A stretch of DNA of 64,000 nucleotides from Dehalococcoidia bacterium (lineage in GTDB: Bacteria > Chloroflexota > Dehalococcoidia > Lucifugimonadales > JAGWBF01): NCBI GenBank assembly GCA_034421095.1, contig DAOUKR010000026.1:583-64582 (forward strand). Reading direction: 5' to 3'. The position numbers and the translations under genes are program-made. Shown here in pieces: positions 8,932-16,888 of this stretch. How positions within the stretch are numbered: the stretch's first letter is position 1; each line of letters opens with the position of its first letter. Under the pieces are notes generated by a model. That model searched no databases. It was not told where the DNA came from and was given only the letters and a program-made list of their open reading frames with translations.

Positions 8932-8954
8932 TTCTACCCTCCTTAGAGAGAGCC

Positions 8955-9115
8955 ATCACCCTGGATCAAGTCCAGGGCAACGGCTGATAGCTGCTCGCCA
9001 ATAATCCACAACCATCTTACCAGAAAAATCACCCGACGGCATAGCTAAGGATTTCGGATTCCTCACTCTTGCCTCGCCGGCAGGCGGGTCGCTACGCCTC
9101 ATTCTGAATGACAGG
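8955..9115. repeat. intergenic palindromic repeat cluster
   Basis: Hairpin ccctggatcaagtccaggg, plus ctaaggatttcggattcctcac...gcctcattctgaatgacagg, which belongs to the same family as the 6349 unit. Confidence 0.6.
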
Positions 9116-9150
9116 AGAATGAAAACGCCCTGCCCTGTCTAGTCGCTAAC

Positions 9151-9179
9151 TTGACACCCCCGTTTGGTGAACTTAATAT
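9151..9179 (+). promoter_or_regulatory. candidate sigma-70 promoter for the DUF4349/PKD gene
   Basis: TTGACA (9151-9156), a 17-nt spacer, then TAATAT (9174-9179), about 140 nt upstream of the ATG at 9318. Confidence 0.3.
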
Positions 9180-9317
9180 GAAGCCAGCCTGCGGAGGGCA
9201 GATATTCAGAGGGAGCACCCGGCCCGACGGACCGGGCGCGGGAACTTTTCTTCCCTTACCTCCGTCTATATTGTTAGTGAAGGCATCGCCTTCCAGCATG
9301 ATGTCAGGAGGTGTGAA

Positions 9318-10919
9318 ATGACCCGTCGCAAGGCCCTTTTTGCTATCCTGGGTATGTCAATTGTCCTTGCCCTGCTGGTCGTGGCTTGCGGTGGTAGCGA
9401 CGCGGGGCGGGTCGCCATAGACCCAGGCCCGGATGACTCTGATTGGTACTCAACTCAGGATGAATCGAGCGCTGAGCCTGCCGCAATGCCAACGCCAGCG
9501 CCGCAGCCAACGGGGACACCTGCGCCGCAGATGGCAATGAGAATGGCAGAGCCCGAGATGTTGAAGGCGGTGTCGGTGGATGGGGCGGCGATGGAGATGG
9601 CGGAAAGAGTAGAAAGAGCGCTGGTCTCGACTGAAGAAGACCAGTCAGCCCCAACCCAGGAGCGCCTGATAGTTCGCACCGTGGACATGATGCTTGTGGT
9701 GAAGGATGTGTCGAATGCCCTGGATGCCACGAGTGCTCTGGCCCAGGAATTAGGTGGGTGGATTGTCAGCTCCAGCCACCAGGAAGAGCACCGGGGATTC
9801 ATCTCGGCCCGTGTTCCGGTGGACAGGGTTGACGAGGCCATAGGCCGTCTGCGGGGGATGGCCGTGGAGGTGAAGTCGGAGGTCTCCAACAGCATGGACG
9901 TAACCGACGAGTACGTGGACATCCAGGCTCGGACGAGAAACCTGCGGGCAACCGAGGAGCAACTAATAAAGCTTATGGAACGGACCGGAAAAGTGACCGA
10001 CTTGCTGGAGGTCCAGAGGGAGCTGACCAGGGTCCAGGGTGAGCTCGAGAGCCTCCAGGGACGCGCCAAGTACCTGGAAGAGACCTCGGCTTTCTCCCTA
10101 ATCAACGTGAATCTGGAGTTGGCCCCTGCCGTCATAGAGGTGAAGGGTGGGCCGGACCAGACGGTGAGCGAGGGTGAGACTGCCAGGTTCCGGGTGGCGT
10201 TCACTCCCCCTGATGGCATTGATGAATTTTACTACGAGTGGGACTTCGGGGACGGTTCGGGGCCAATCGCCGGCACCCGCACCGCACCGACTCTGGACGG
10301 CTCCTCCCGCACCACCGCGACCGTAACCCACGTATACAACGATAAGCGGGACTCCCCATTCATCGTGACTTTCAAGATTACCGGCACAGGTGAGGCGGGA
10401 GTCGCCGAGGGTGAGGACACCGTCATTGCCACCGTGACCAGAGTACCCAAAATCGAGATATTCGCCGGGGATGACCTCACGGTAGAAGAGGGAGAGACCA
10501 TAGAGTTTAGCGGCTCCTTTACCCGCCCGGAGGGCATATCGGACCTGACCTTCCGATGGGACTTCGGCGACGGCTCCGAGCCTGTCACTGGCAGCCTTAC
10601 CGAGAGAGGGACCATCGCTTCGGCCTCCCACACGTATCCCAATCACCGGCCCCTGCCCTTTACCGCGGTCCTCACGGTCAGCGGCACGAGTGACACCGGC
10701 GAGGTTACGGACACCGATTCCGTTATGGTCTATGTAATTGAGGCATCCCCGTGGAGTGCCGGAGGCGTGGCTGGGGGTGCTGTGGGAGCGCTGGCGGCAA
10801 CAGGACGCGGTCTGGCCCACGTGGGCATCTGGATAGGCATATTTAGCCCCATCTGGATAGCTGTCCTCGTGGTCGGCTATGTGGTCTGGCGTCGTCGTAA
10901 CGGGAGGCCCATATTCTAA
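9318..10919 (+). CDS. secreted/lipoprotein DUF4349-like protein with two PKD-like repeats and a C-terminal TM anchor
   Basis: 533 aa. Signal plus Cys (LLVVACGGSD) and a coiled region typical of DUF4349 (RTRNLRATEEQLIKLMERTGKVTDLLEVQRELTRVQGELESLQGR). Two internal repeats carry YEWDFGDGS / FRWDFGDGSEP. The C-terminus is a hydrophobic helix followed by WRRRNGRPIF. Confidence 0.8.
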   Translation: MTRRKALFAILGMSIVLALLVVACGGSDAGRVAIDPGPDDSDWYSTQDESSAEPAAMPTPAPQPTGTPAPQMAMRMAEPEMLKAVSVDGAAMEMAERVERALVSTEEDQSAPTQERLIVRTVDMMLVVKDVSNALDATSALAQELGGWIVSSSHQEEHRGFISARVPVDRVDEAIGRLRGMAVEVKSEVSNSMDVTDEYVDIQARTRNLRATEEQLIKLMERTGKVTDLLEVQRELTRVQGELESLQGRAKYLEETSAFSLINVNLELAPAVIEVKGGPDQTVSEGETARFRVAFTPPDGIDEFYYEWDFGDGSGPIAGTRTAPTLDGSSRTTATVTHVYNDKRDSPFIVTFKITGTGEAGVAEGEDTVIATVTRVPKIEIFAGDDLTVEEGETIEFSGSFTRPEGISDLTFRWDFGDGSEPVTGSLTERGTIASASHTYPNHRPLPFTAVLTVSGTSDTGEVTDTDSVMVYVIEASPWSAGGVAGGAVGALAATGRGLAHVGIWIGIFSPIWIAVLVVGYVVWRRRNGRPIF

Positions 10920-11019
10920 AAGCTTGGAGGGTGTGTCTTCATGCCTTCTCTCCCGTCGAACGCTTGATGCACATTAAACAAATAAGGGAAGCCCGGGTGG
11001 GGAAAGGTGATAGCCCAGT

Positions 11020-11253
11020 CGTCATTCCGGTCGTACCTCCGGTAGATTCGCCGTGGCGAACCCCCGAGCCGGAATCCATAGGGGCGTGGATTCTGGCTTC
11101 CGCCAGAATGACGAGGCAGGCACCAATACGTCATTCCGAATGGAGCGAAGCGAAGTGAGGAATCTAAGATACCCCAGTCCTGACCTGCCTGTGTAAAGGG
11201 GGACTGCCGGGTTCATAGATTCCTCGTCCGCCGCAGACGGACTCGGAATGACA
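11020..11253. repeat. cluster of at least 4 palindromic repeat units (composite MITE-like element plus 2 further units)
   Basis: 11020-11113 is a composite unit nearly identical to 17808-17901. It is followed by cgtcattccgaatggagcgaagcgaagtgaggaatctaag and atagattcctcgtccgccgcagacggactcggaatgac. Confidence 0.8.
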
Positions 11254-11351
11254 AGAGTTTTACTGCAAAGGTCTCGTCAAGGGAGAGGAGACCCTAAAGC
11301 AACACCTTTGGAAAAACTTACTTGGAATTGTCACTTAAGGAGGATTGAACC

Positions 11352-12659
11352 ATGTTTCCTCAAAGGGTCTTTCCGGAGACCACGGAGGTCAATAACCGGG
11401 GTCATCTTGCCATAGGCGGCTGCGACCTTCTGGAATTGGCCTCCCAGTACGGCACTCCCCTCTACGTTTTCGATGAGGATATGCTGAGGAACCGGTGCCG
11501 CCAGTTCGTCCAGGAGTTTCGCGCACGCCATCAGGAGACCACCGTGGTATACGCCTGCAAGGCCTACGTGAACCCGGCCCTCGCTCGTATATTCATTGAG
11601 GAGGGACTTGGTCTGGACGTGGTATCCGGGGGAGAGTTGGCCGTCGCCAAGGCCGTGGATTTCCCGCCCGAGATGGTCTACTTCCACGGCAACAACAAGG
11701 GCCGGGAGGAGTTGGGGGAGTCTCTGGCCTGGAACATTGGGCGGGTCGTGGTGGACAGCTTCCACGAACTGGAGCTTCTGGACAGGCTGGCTAACGAGGC
11801 GGGCAAAGTGCAGGAGATACTCATCCGCGTCTCTCCCGGTGTGGATCCCCACACCCACGCTCACACCACTACAGGCATCCTCGACAGCAAATTCGGGTTC
11901 CCCATCCAGACCGGACAGGCGGAGGAAGCGGTACGGGCAGCCCTCCGGTCGTCGAACCTGAAGCTGGTGGGGCTGCACTTCCATCTGGGGTCGCCCATCT
12001 TCGAGCTGGAACCCTACAAGGTGGCAATGGAACTGGTGCTCAACTTCGCATCCCGGTTCAGAGAGGAAGGGCTAACCCTCCAGGAGATAAGCCCTGGGGG
12101 CGGCTTCGCCATCGCCTACACCCGGGACCAGGAGCCGCCGGCCGTCGGCGATTATGCCGAGGCCATCGTCTCCACAATGCTGGATACCTGTGGGACACTG
12201 GGCATGGAAGCCCCCCGGCTGGTGGTTGAGCCGGGCAGGTCCATAGTGGGGCCTGCGGGGGTTGCCCTGTACCGAGTGGGGGCCGTGAAAGACATACCCG
12301 GCGTCCGCAAGTACGTGTCGGTGGACGGGGGCATGGGCGACAACATCCGGCCTGCCCTGTACGATGCGGCCTATGAGGCCGTGGTGGCCGGGAAGATGAA
12401 TATGGAGCCGTCGGATAAGGTCACCATCGCGGGGAAATACTGCGAATCGGGGGACGTTCTGGTGCGGGACATAACTCTGCCCCCGGTGGAGGCCGAGGAC
12501 GTCATCGCAATACCGGCCGCCGGAGCTTACTGTCTCTCCATGTCCAGCACCTACAACCTCAATCCCCGGCCTCCCATAGTGCTGGCGAAGGGAGGCGAGG
12601 CCCGGCTTATCCGCCGCCGCGAGGCTTACCAGGACATGATGCTGTGCGACGTGATTTAG
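11352..12659 (+). CDS. lysA: diaminopimelate decarboxylase
   Basis: 435 aa. TPLYVFDEDMLRNRC..., YACKAY (PLP Lys region), GGGFAIAY, and CESGDVL near the C-terminus. AAGGAGG lies upstream. Confidence 0.93.
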   Translation: MFPQRVFPETTEVNNRGHLAIGGCDLLELASQYGTPLYVFDEDMLRNRCRQFVQEFRARHQETTVVYACKAYVNPALARIFIEEGLGLDVVSGGELAVAKAVDFPPEMVYFHGNNKGREELGESLAWNIGRVVVDSFHELELLDRLANEAGKVQEILIRVSPGVDPHTHAHTTTGILDSKFGFPIQTGQAEEAVRAALRSSNLKLVGLHFHLGSPIFELEPYKVAMELVLNFASRFREEGLTLQEISPGGGFAIAYTRDQEPPAVGDYAEAIVSTMLDTCGTLGMEAPRLVVEPGRSIVGPAGVALYRVGAVKDIPGVRKYVSVDGGMGDNIRPALYDAAYEAVVAGKMNMEPSDKVTIAGKYCESGDVLVRDITLPPVEAEDVIAIPAAGAYCLSMSSTYNLNPRPPIVLAKGGEARLIRRREAYQDMMLCDVI

Positions 12660-12717
12660 GTCGCCAACGCAGTGGAAAAGTCCCTTTCCAAAGTCCCTGG
12701 ACAGCGAGGCATAGGAG

Positions 12718-12746
12718 TTGACTGGCTGCAGGTTCTGGGTTAGACT
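12718..12746 (+). promoter_or_regulatory. candidate sigma-70 promoter for the peroxiredoxin gene
   Basis: TTGACT (12718-12723), a 17-nt spacer, then TAGACT (12741-12746), about 88 nt upstream of the ATG at 12834. Confidence 0.3.
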
Positions 12747-12833
12747 GGCATCCTTGTCCACGACAGTAGGCAGGAATTCAAGTCTCAGGGCAGCGTACGG
12801 GTTTCAAGTAGCGTGACAAACGGGGGATGTGTA

Positions 12834-13292
12834 ATGCTCAAGGAAGGTGACGTAGCGCCGGATTTCACGACTGTGGACCACACTGGCAAGGAAGTCAGGC
12901 TGTCAGACTTGAGGGGGAAAGTGGTATGGCTCTGGTTCTACTCATCGCCGGGGGGCAACAATTGAACCCGCCATAGTCACGGGTACCGTGACAGCTACTC
13001 CGGCTTTACATCAAAAGACGTTCTGGTATTTGGCGTCAACGACAGGAGCCAGGAAGCAAACAGCGCCTGGGTGGAGAAGGAGGACCTCCCCTTCCCCATT
13101 CTTCTGGACCCGGACAGGGCCATCGCCCTGGCTTATGGGATGTCAAAGGCCGGAGATGAACGGTATCTGGCCAATCCCTCAGGTGGAAGACGCCCGGCGG
13201 TAATTGTTGATAAAGACGGTCTGGTTCTCAAGTTGTTGCCGGACCTGTCCGACGTGGATGGTCAGATGGAGGCCCTGGCGAGCTTGACATAA
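12834..13292 (+). CDS. Bcp/AhpC-TSA-type peroxiredoxin with an in-frame TGA at 12963-12965 (candidate selenocysteine; alternatively a nonsense pseudogene)
   Basis: I translated this by hand. MLKEGDVAPDFTTVDHTGKEVRLSDLRGKVVWLWFYSSPGGNN-TGA-TRHSHGYRDSYSGFTSKDVLVFGVNDRSQEANSAWVEKEDLPFPILLDPD... all lies in one frame (152 codons). The TGA aligns with the peroxidatic Cys of Bcp. The track reports only the 3' fragment, 13071..13292. Confidence 0.6.
12976..12992 (+). promoter_or_regulatory. SECIS-like hairpin 10 nt downstream of the in-frame TGA
   Basis: GTCACGG-GTA-CCGTGAC is a perfect 7-bp stem and 17 nt in total. Its spacing from the UGA resembles the minimal bacterial SECIS upper stem-loop. Confidence 0.5.
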
Positions 13293-13300
13293 CACGCGGC

Positions 13301-14656
13301 TCACGCCTCCAGGTTGTCAAGTATCCTGGCAGCGTCGTCCAGCTCCTCCAGATGCCACAGCAGGTCCAGGGTGGCCCTGGCCTGAGCGGGAGTGAGGATG
13401 TCCTGGACTAGCCTGGTGAACTTGGCCTCCACTTCCTCATCCGTCATACCCTTCTCTATGTCCTCAGCCGTCAGAGTACAGTGGGCCGTTCGCGTCTCGC
13501 CGGAGACGGTGGTAGCCTCGATTCTGCAGTTCCTCACGTCGGGAGTCTGGGCGCTGAAATCAGGGTCATTCTCGATGTGCATCCGGCCCATAAGGTCAAG
13601 CACGTCGGCGTCCAGGAACCTGCCCCGGCTGAAGGTCCGAGGGCTGACCTCGCCATCCAGTATGGCGGCGGCGATGGAGAAGGGTATGCTATGGTCTGCC
13701 GTCTCCCGGGTCTTGGGTTCCCAAAGCTGTCTCGGCTCCACGGCCCACCGGTAGGCCGACGAGTAGGTCTTGACGTGAAGGGACCTGATGTCCTCCGGCG
13801 CTACCTGCTTGCGAAGCTCCAGGGCGGTACGGGCGACAAGCTGGCACGAGTCTCTGACCGGGAAGGTCTTGATATTGGTGCGGCTGATTCTGAAGGGCAT
13901 TCCATTGCCGCCCAGCGGCTCGATGCTGAACTGGCCGGTCACCTGGTTCATAAGGCCGTACTGGCCTTCGATGGCATCTTCCGGGCCTGTCATCCCCTCT
14001 TGTGCTACGAGGGCAGCGAAGATGCCCTGGCGCGCCGCCATGCCGGCGGCTGCCGCCTTCCACATGGAAAGCTCACCCACACGGTTCTGGTACAGGGCCA
14101 TGTTGGGGGTCAGGGACAGGGCTGCTGCGTTGCCCATCTGCTCCCTGGTCAGCCCGAAGAGTTTTCCTGCTCCAAGGGCGCTCCCAAGCACCACGTACAC
14201 CGGCTGGTCCCACCCCTTCTGGTCCAGAATAGTCTCCTCTATGATGCGACACTGGACCTCATAGGCCAGCGCCGTCGCCGTTATCAAGGCCTTGCCGTCT
14301 GCATGTACGGCTTCACCGGCGGCCAGCACGGCAGGTATGGCGTCGCTGGGATGCCCTGCATCCTTGACCCGGTAGGCGTCGTTGAAGTCCAGGTATCTGA
14401 CCATGGTGCTATTGGCGAAGGCAGCCATCTCCGGGGTGGTCCGGTACAGGGAGCCGATGATCCTGGCGGTGAGGGGTGAGCCTGTGGAGAAGCACAGGCG
14501 ACGGGCAATCTTGCAGGGTTCGGCTGTGTACCCGCCTATGGCGCACCCTATGGAGTCTATGAACCGCTGTTTGACGGCCCTCACCGCGCTGTCGGTGAGA
14601 CCGTTGTAGGAGAGGGATGAGGCGTAGTCACTGAGATACTCAAGGGAGCGGTCCAT
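13301..14656 (-). CDS. MmgE/PrpD-family protein (2-methylcitrate dehydratase-like)
   Basis: 451 aa. N-terminus ...LSDYASSLSYNGLTDSAVRAVKQRFIDSIGCAIGG, with overall PrpD-like length and pattern. GGAGGC lies upstream of the ATG. Confidence 0.88.
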   Translation of the reverse strand: MDRSLEYLSDYASSLSYNGLTDSAVRAVKQRFIDSIGCAIGGYTAEPCKIARRLCFSTGSPLTARIIGSLYRTTPEMAAFANSTMVRYLDFNDAYRVKDAGHPSDAIPAVLAAGEAVHADGKALITATALAYEVQCRIIEETILDQKGWDQPVYVVLGSALGAGKLFGLTREQMGNAAALSLTPNMALYQNRVGELSMWKAAAAGMAARQGIFAALVAQEGMTGPEDAIEGQYGLMNQVTGQFSIEPLGGNGMPFRISRTNIKTFPVRDSCQLVARTALELRKQVAPEDIRSLHVKTYSSAYRWAVEPRQLWEPKTRETADHSIPFSIAAAILDGEVSPRTFSRGRFLDADVLDLMGRMHIENDPDFSAQTPDVRNCRIEATTVSGETRTAHCTLTAEDIEKGMTDEEVEAKFTRLVQDILTPAQARATLDLLWHLEELDDAARILDNLEA

Positions 14657-14797
14657 AATGCCTCCTTTCGAGAACAGGTAGAGTGGATGCTGTCTACCAT
14701 GAGCAATATAGCATAAGGAGGCCTGGCATGTAACCGTGAGCTAATTCCTTGGGGAGAAGTGCAAAAGTCCCCTGAAGGAGAATTTAGGGGCAGAGAA

Positions 14798-14826
14798 TTG
14801 TATATCAGATAAGAGGCATATATAAT
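14798..14826 (+). promoter_or_regulatory. candidate sigma-70 promoter of the DUF5678-like/protease operon
   Basis: TTGTAT (14798-14803), a 17-nt spacer, then TATAAT (14821-14826). Confidence 0.4.
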
Positions 14827-14830
14827 AATA

Positions 14831-14850
14831 TTTGTCAAACCCTTGACAAA
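14831..14850. promoter_or_regulatory. operator-like inverted repeat just downstream of the -10 box
   Basis: TTTGTCAA-accc-TTGACAAA is a perfect 8-bp inverted repeat, about 40 nt upstream of the ATG at 14889. Confidence 0.4.
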
Positions 14851-14888
14851 CTTGACCGTGTTATGCATGGACAAGGTAAGGAGGAACC

Positions 14889-15149
14889 ATGTTGAAGGGT
14901 AATAGTCAGGTTGACAGGAATGCGGAAGCCTACGAGCTTATCCGCAAGGAGATAGAAAGCAAGCACATGGGCCGTGTAGTCCTGATGCACGATGAGAAGA
15001 TGGTGGAGGCCTACAATGATAGCGATGACGCATACAAGATTGGATGCGAGAAATACGGGCTCGGTAATTTCTCCCTGGTGAACGTAGGAGCGAAGCCTAT
15101 CGACCTGGGGTACTTCACTATGTTCGTGAAGCCACGGGAGGAAACATAG
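14889..15149 (+). CDS. small DUF5678-like protein
   Basis: 86 aa. AAGGAGG lies upstream. The pattern ...IRKEIESKHMGRVVLMHDEKMVEAYNDSDDAYKIGCEKYG...FSLVNVG resembles the DUF5678 architecture as I recall it. The stop lies 3 nt before the next gene. Confidence 0.55.
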   Translation: MLKGNSQVDRNAEAYELIRKEIESKHMGRVVLMHDEKMVEAYNDSDDAYKIGCEKYGLGNFSLVNVGAKPIDLGYFTMFVKPREET

Positions 15150-15152
15150 GTA

Positions 15153-15557
15153 GTGCCTACATTCAACCAGCGAATACAAAACGGACAGATCCTGTTGATA
15201 GCCACTATCGGTGATGTTGGAGATGACGGGGACCCGGGGAAGCCATATAGCGCTCTACTGGACACTGGTGCACAGGTGACATCAATATCTCCTAAAATAG
15301 TCCAAGAGGCGGGCTTGATGGCTATCGGACACACTGATATTCTTCCGGTGAGCGGTGAACCCGTCCGGGTGTTTAGGTACCGAGTTGGCCTAAGTATTCC
15401 CATCAGTCAAGGGAGCACTACATTGCTAGTGGGTGCTCCGGTGGAAGTTTCTGAGCTGCCATTTCAGCCCGACAACTTCGACATTCTGTTGGGAATGGAT
15501 TTCCTCGCACCCTTCCATTTCACGATGTACAACGGCATGTTTATCCTAAGCAATTAA
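15153..15557 (+). CDS. retropepsin-like (clan AA) aspartic protease
   Basis: 134 aa with a GTG start. The catalytic motif is ALLDTGAQVTSIS (D-T-G-A), with ILLGMDFL near the C-terminus. This is the typical single-lobe size. Confidence 0.75.
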   Translation: MPTFNQRIQNGQILLIATIGDVGDDGDPGKPYSALLDTGAQVTSISPKIVQEAGLMAIGHTDILPVSGEPVRVFRYRVGLSIPISQGSTTLLVGAPVEVSELPFQPDNFDILLGMDFLAPFHFTMYNGMFILSN

Positions 15558-15589
15558 CTATCTTCCCATCTGAGAGTAGGGATCAGAAG

Positions 15590-15619
15590 GAAGCCCCGGG
15601 TGCTTGAGCCCGGGGCTTC
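15590..15619. terminator. stem-loop terminator between convergent genes
   Basis: GAAGCCCCGGG-tgcttgag-CCCGGGGCTTC forms an 11-bp GC-rich stem, 32 nt after the protease stop and followed by tatcatttcc. Confidence 0.55.
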
Positions 15620-15768
15620 TATCATTTCCGTAAGATTTCCTGGCTTCTCTTTGGATCTCGTCTTCTGGTGTCCTGGCCCAGTGCAGTCCTCTAATTCCCT
15701 GGGCAACACCCTTGAAAATACCTCTGAGAAACCCGCTCTGCCGTCATTATTATTATTGGCGCGGGAGT

Positions 15769-16074
15769 TTAGCCCAAGTATATGTACACGTCAGCGTGGG
15801 GAAATGCTACCTCAAGCGCACCCCCCAGCTCATTTTCCACCGTGTCCCGGTATCCATCAAGGACTTCAGGAGCAGGCCCATCGCGGTGGGGACACTCATT
15901 GCCCCGTTGTAGCTGAGGGCAGATGTGACCCTTTGTGGGGGTATCCCAGAACCCGGCACATTTCATCGGGAAGAACAAAGTTTCGGCGATGTTGCGAAGG
16001 TCGGCAACAATTTCCGTCGCTCGGAAGTCGCTGTCGGTGTGGATGTCCACCGAGACTCTTGCTAGCTCAGCCAT
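15769..16074 (-). CDS. hypothetical protein
   Basis: Track ORF of 101 aa (MAELARVSVDIHTDSDFRATEIVADLRNIAETLFF...). GGAAGG lies upstream of the ATG. Its composition is acidic and more protein-like than the overlapping + strand 244-aa ORF. No family recognised. Confidence 0.35.
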   Translation of the reverse strand: MAELARVSVDIHTDSDFRATEIVADLRNIAETLFFPMKCAGFWDTPTKGHICPQLQRGNECPHRDGPAPEVLDGYRDTVENELGGALEVAFPHADVYIYLG

Positions 16075-16632
16075 TCAACGCCTTCCGGGGGTTTCTATCC
16101 TCCACGGTGAAGACGGTTTCGCAGCCCCTCTGCGCAGCTGGAGTTGGTGCAGAACCAGAAGACCTGGGGCATTGGCGGGACCTGTACACCGTCAACCTCC
16201 CTTCTTATGGGTTCCCGACGGGAAGGGCAGGTAGATGGCTTGGAAGTATCCGGTGCGGTCATGGGCTTTCCACATTATTCAACATCACCAGTATGGGAAG
16301 CACGGAGAGGGCCTTGAGGCAGGAAGTGTCGTAAATGCAATGCAGGCACGTGAGCGCCCTATTTTGAACGGGGCTGTCTGCTGGCAGGGCCGGAGCATCC
16401 CGCTGCCGTTAAGGGGCGAACCGGGGCCTTATCCCTTGCCTTCCTGCGTCGAGGGCCTACGTCTAGGGAAGAATGCTCTTTTCGTTCGGGGAGCCTTGTT
16501 CACGCTCGGGGCCGAATTGCCGGGCCGTTGACCTCTTCGCATCCCAGCGCATTACGCCCTTCTCTTCTTAGCCGGAGATCCATGGGCAACGAACGCGAAC
16601 TTCATATCATCGTATTATTCGGAGCAGGACGG

Positions 16633-16773
16633 CTATGCCTTGCCTATCCTGAACATCTTCGTCCCGCAGATGGGGCACGTGCCCTGGGTCGCCGGGCGTC
16701 CGTTCTTCATGGTTATGGACTGGGTGCCCTGCATCTCTCTCTTGGTCCGGCACTTTACGCAGTAGGCTTCCAT
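16633..16773 (-). CDS. DUF5679-like small zinc-ribbon protein (not in the ORF track, <60 aa)
   Basis: Translated by hand as MEAYCVKCRTKREMQGTQSITMKNGRPATQGTCPICGTKMFRIGKA (46 aa). It has a CxxC...CxxC ribbon, AGGAGG 7 nt upstream of the ATG at 16773, and a TAG stop at 16633-16635. Confidence 0.7.
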   Translation of the reverse strand: MEAYCVKCRTKREMQGTQSITMKNGRPATQGTCPICGTKMFRIGKA

Positions 16774-16888
16774 CTAATACCTCCTAAATATTGTGCTCGC
16801 TATATTGTAAATTCATGGAATTCTAATTTCTACAATTCAGAGGCACAATTTTATCCAATTCGGCTACGCACCGCTGTCAATGGCGTTA

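Noticed and set aside
12988-13203. A 71-aa + strand ORF in an alternative frame inside the peroxiredoxin locus.
   Set aside because: It is out of frame with the peroxiredoxin-like sequence that runs continuously (apart from the single TGA) from 12834 to 13292. Its translation is Arg/Pro/Trp-rich.
15600-16334. A 244-aa + strand ORF downstream of the aspartic protease gene.
   Set aside because: It starts inside the terminator hairpin. Its composition is Arg/Cys/Pro/Gly-rich with no RBS, and it overlaps the more protein-like minus-strand ORF 15769..16074.
16262-16632. An SRP RNA, RNase P RNA or tmRNA in the non-coding gap. The minus strand contains GCAGGAAGGCAAGGG, reminiscent of the SRP GGAA tetraloop region.
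   Set aside because: The near-invariant SRP 'GGAAGCAGC' symmetric-loop sequence is absent. I saw no RNase P P4 motif (GAGGAAAGUCCGGGC) and no tmRNA acceptor or tag features. The resemblance is too weak to call.
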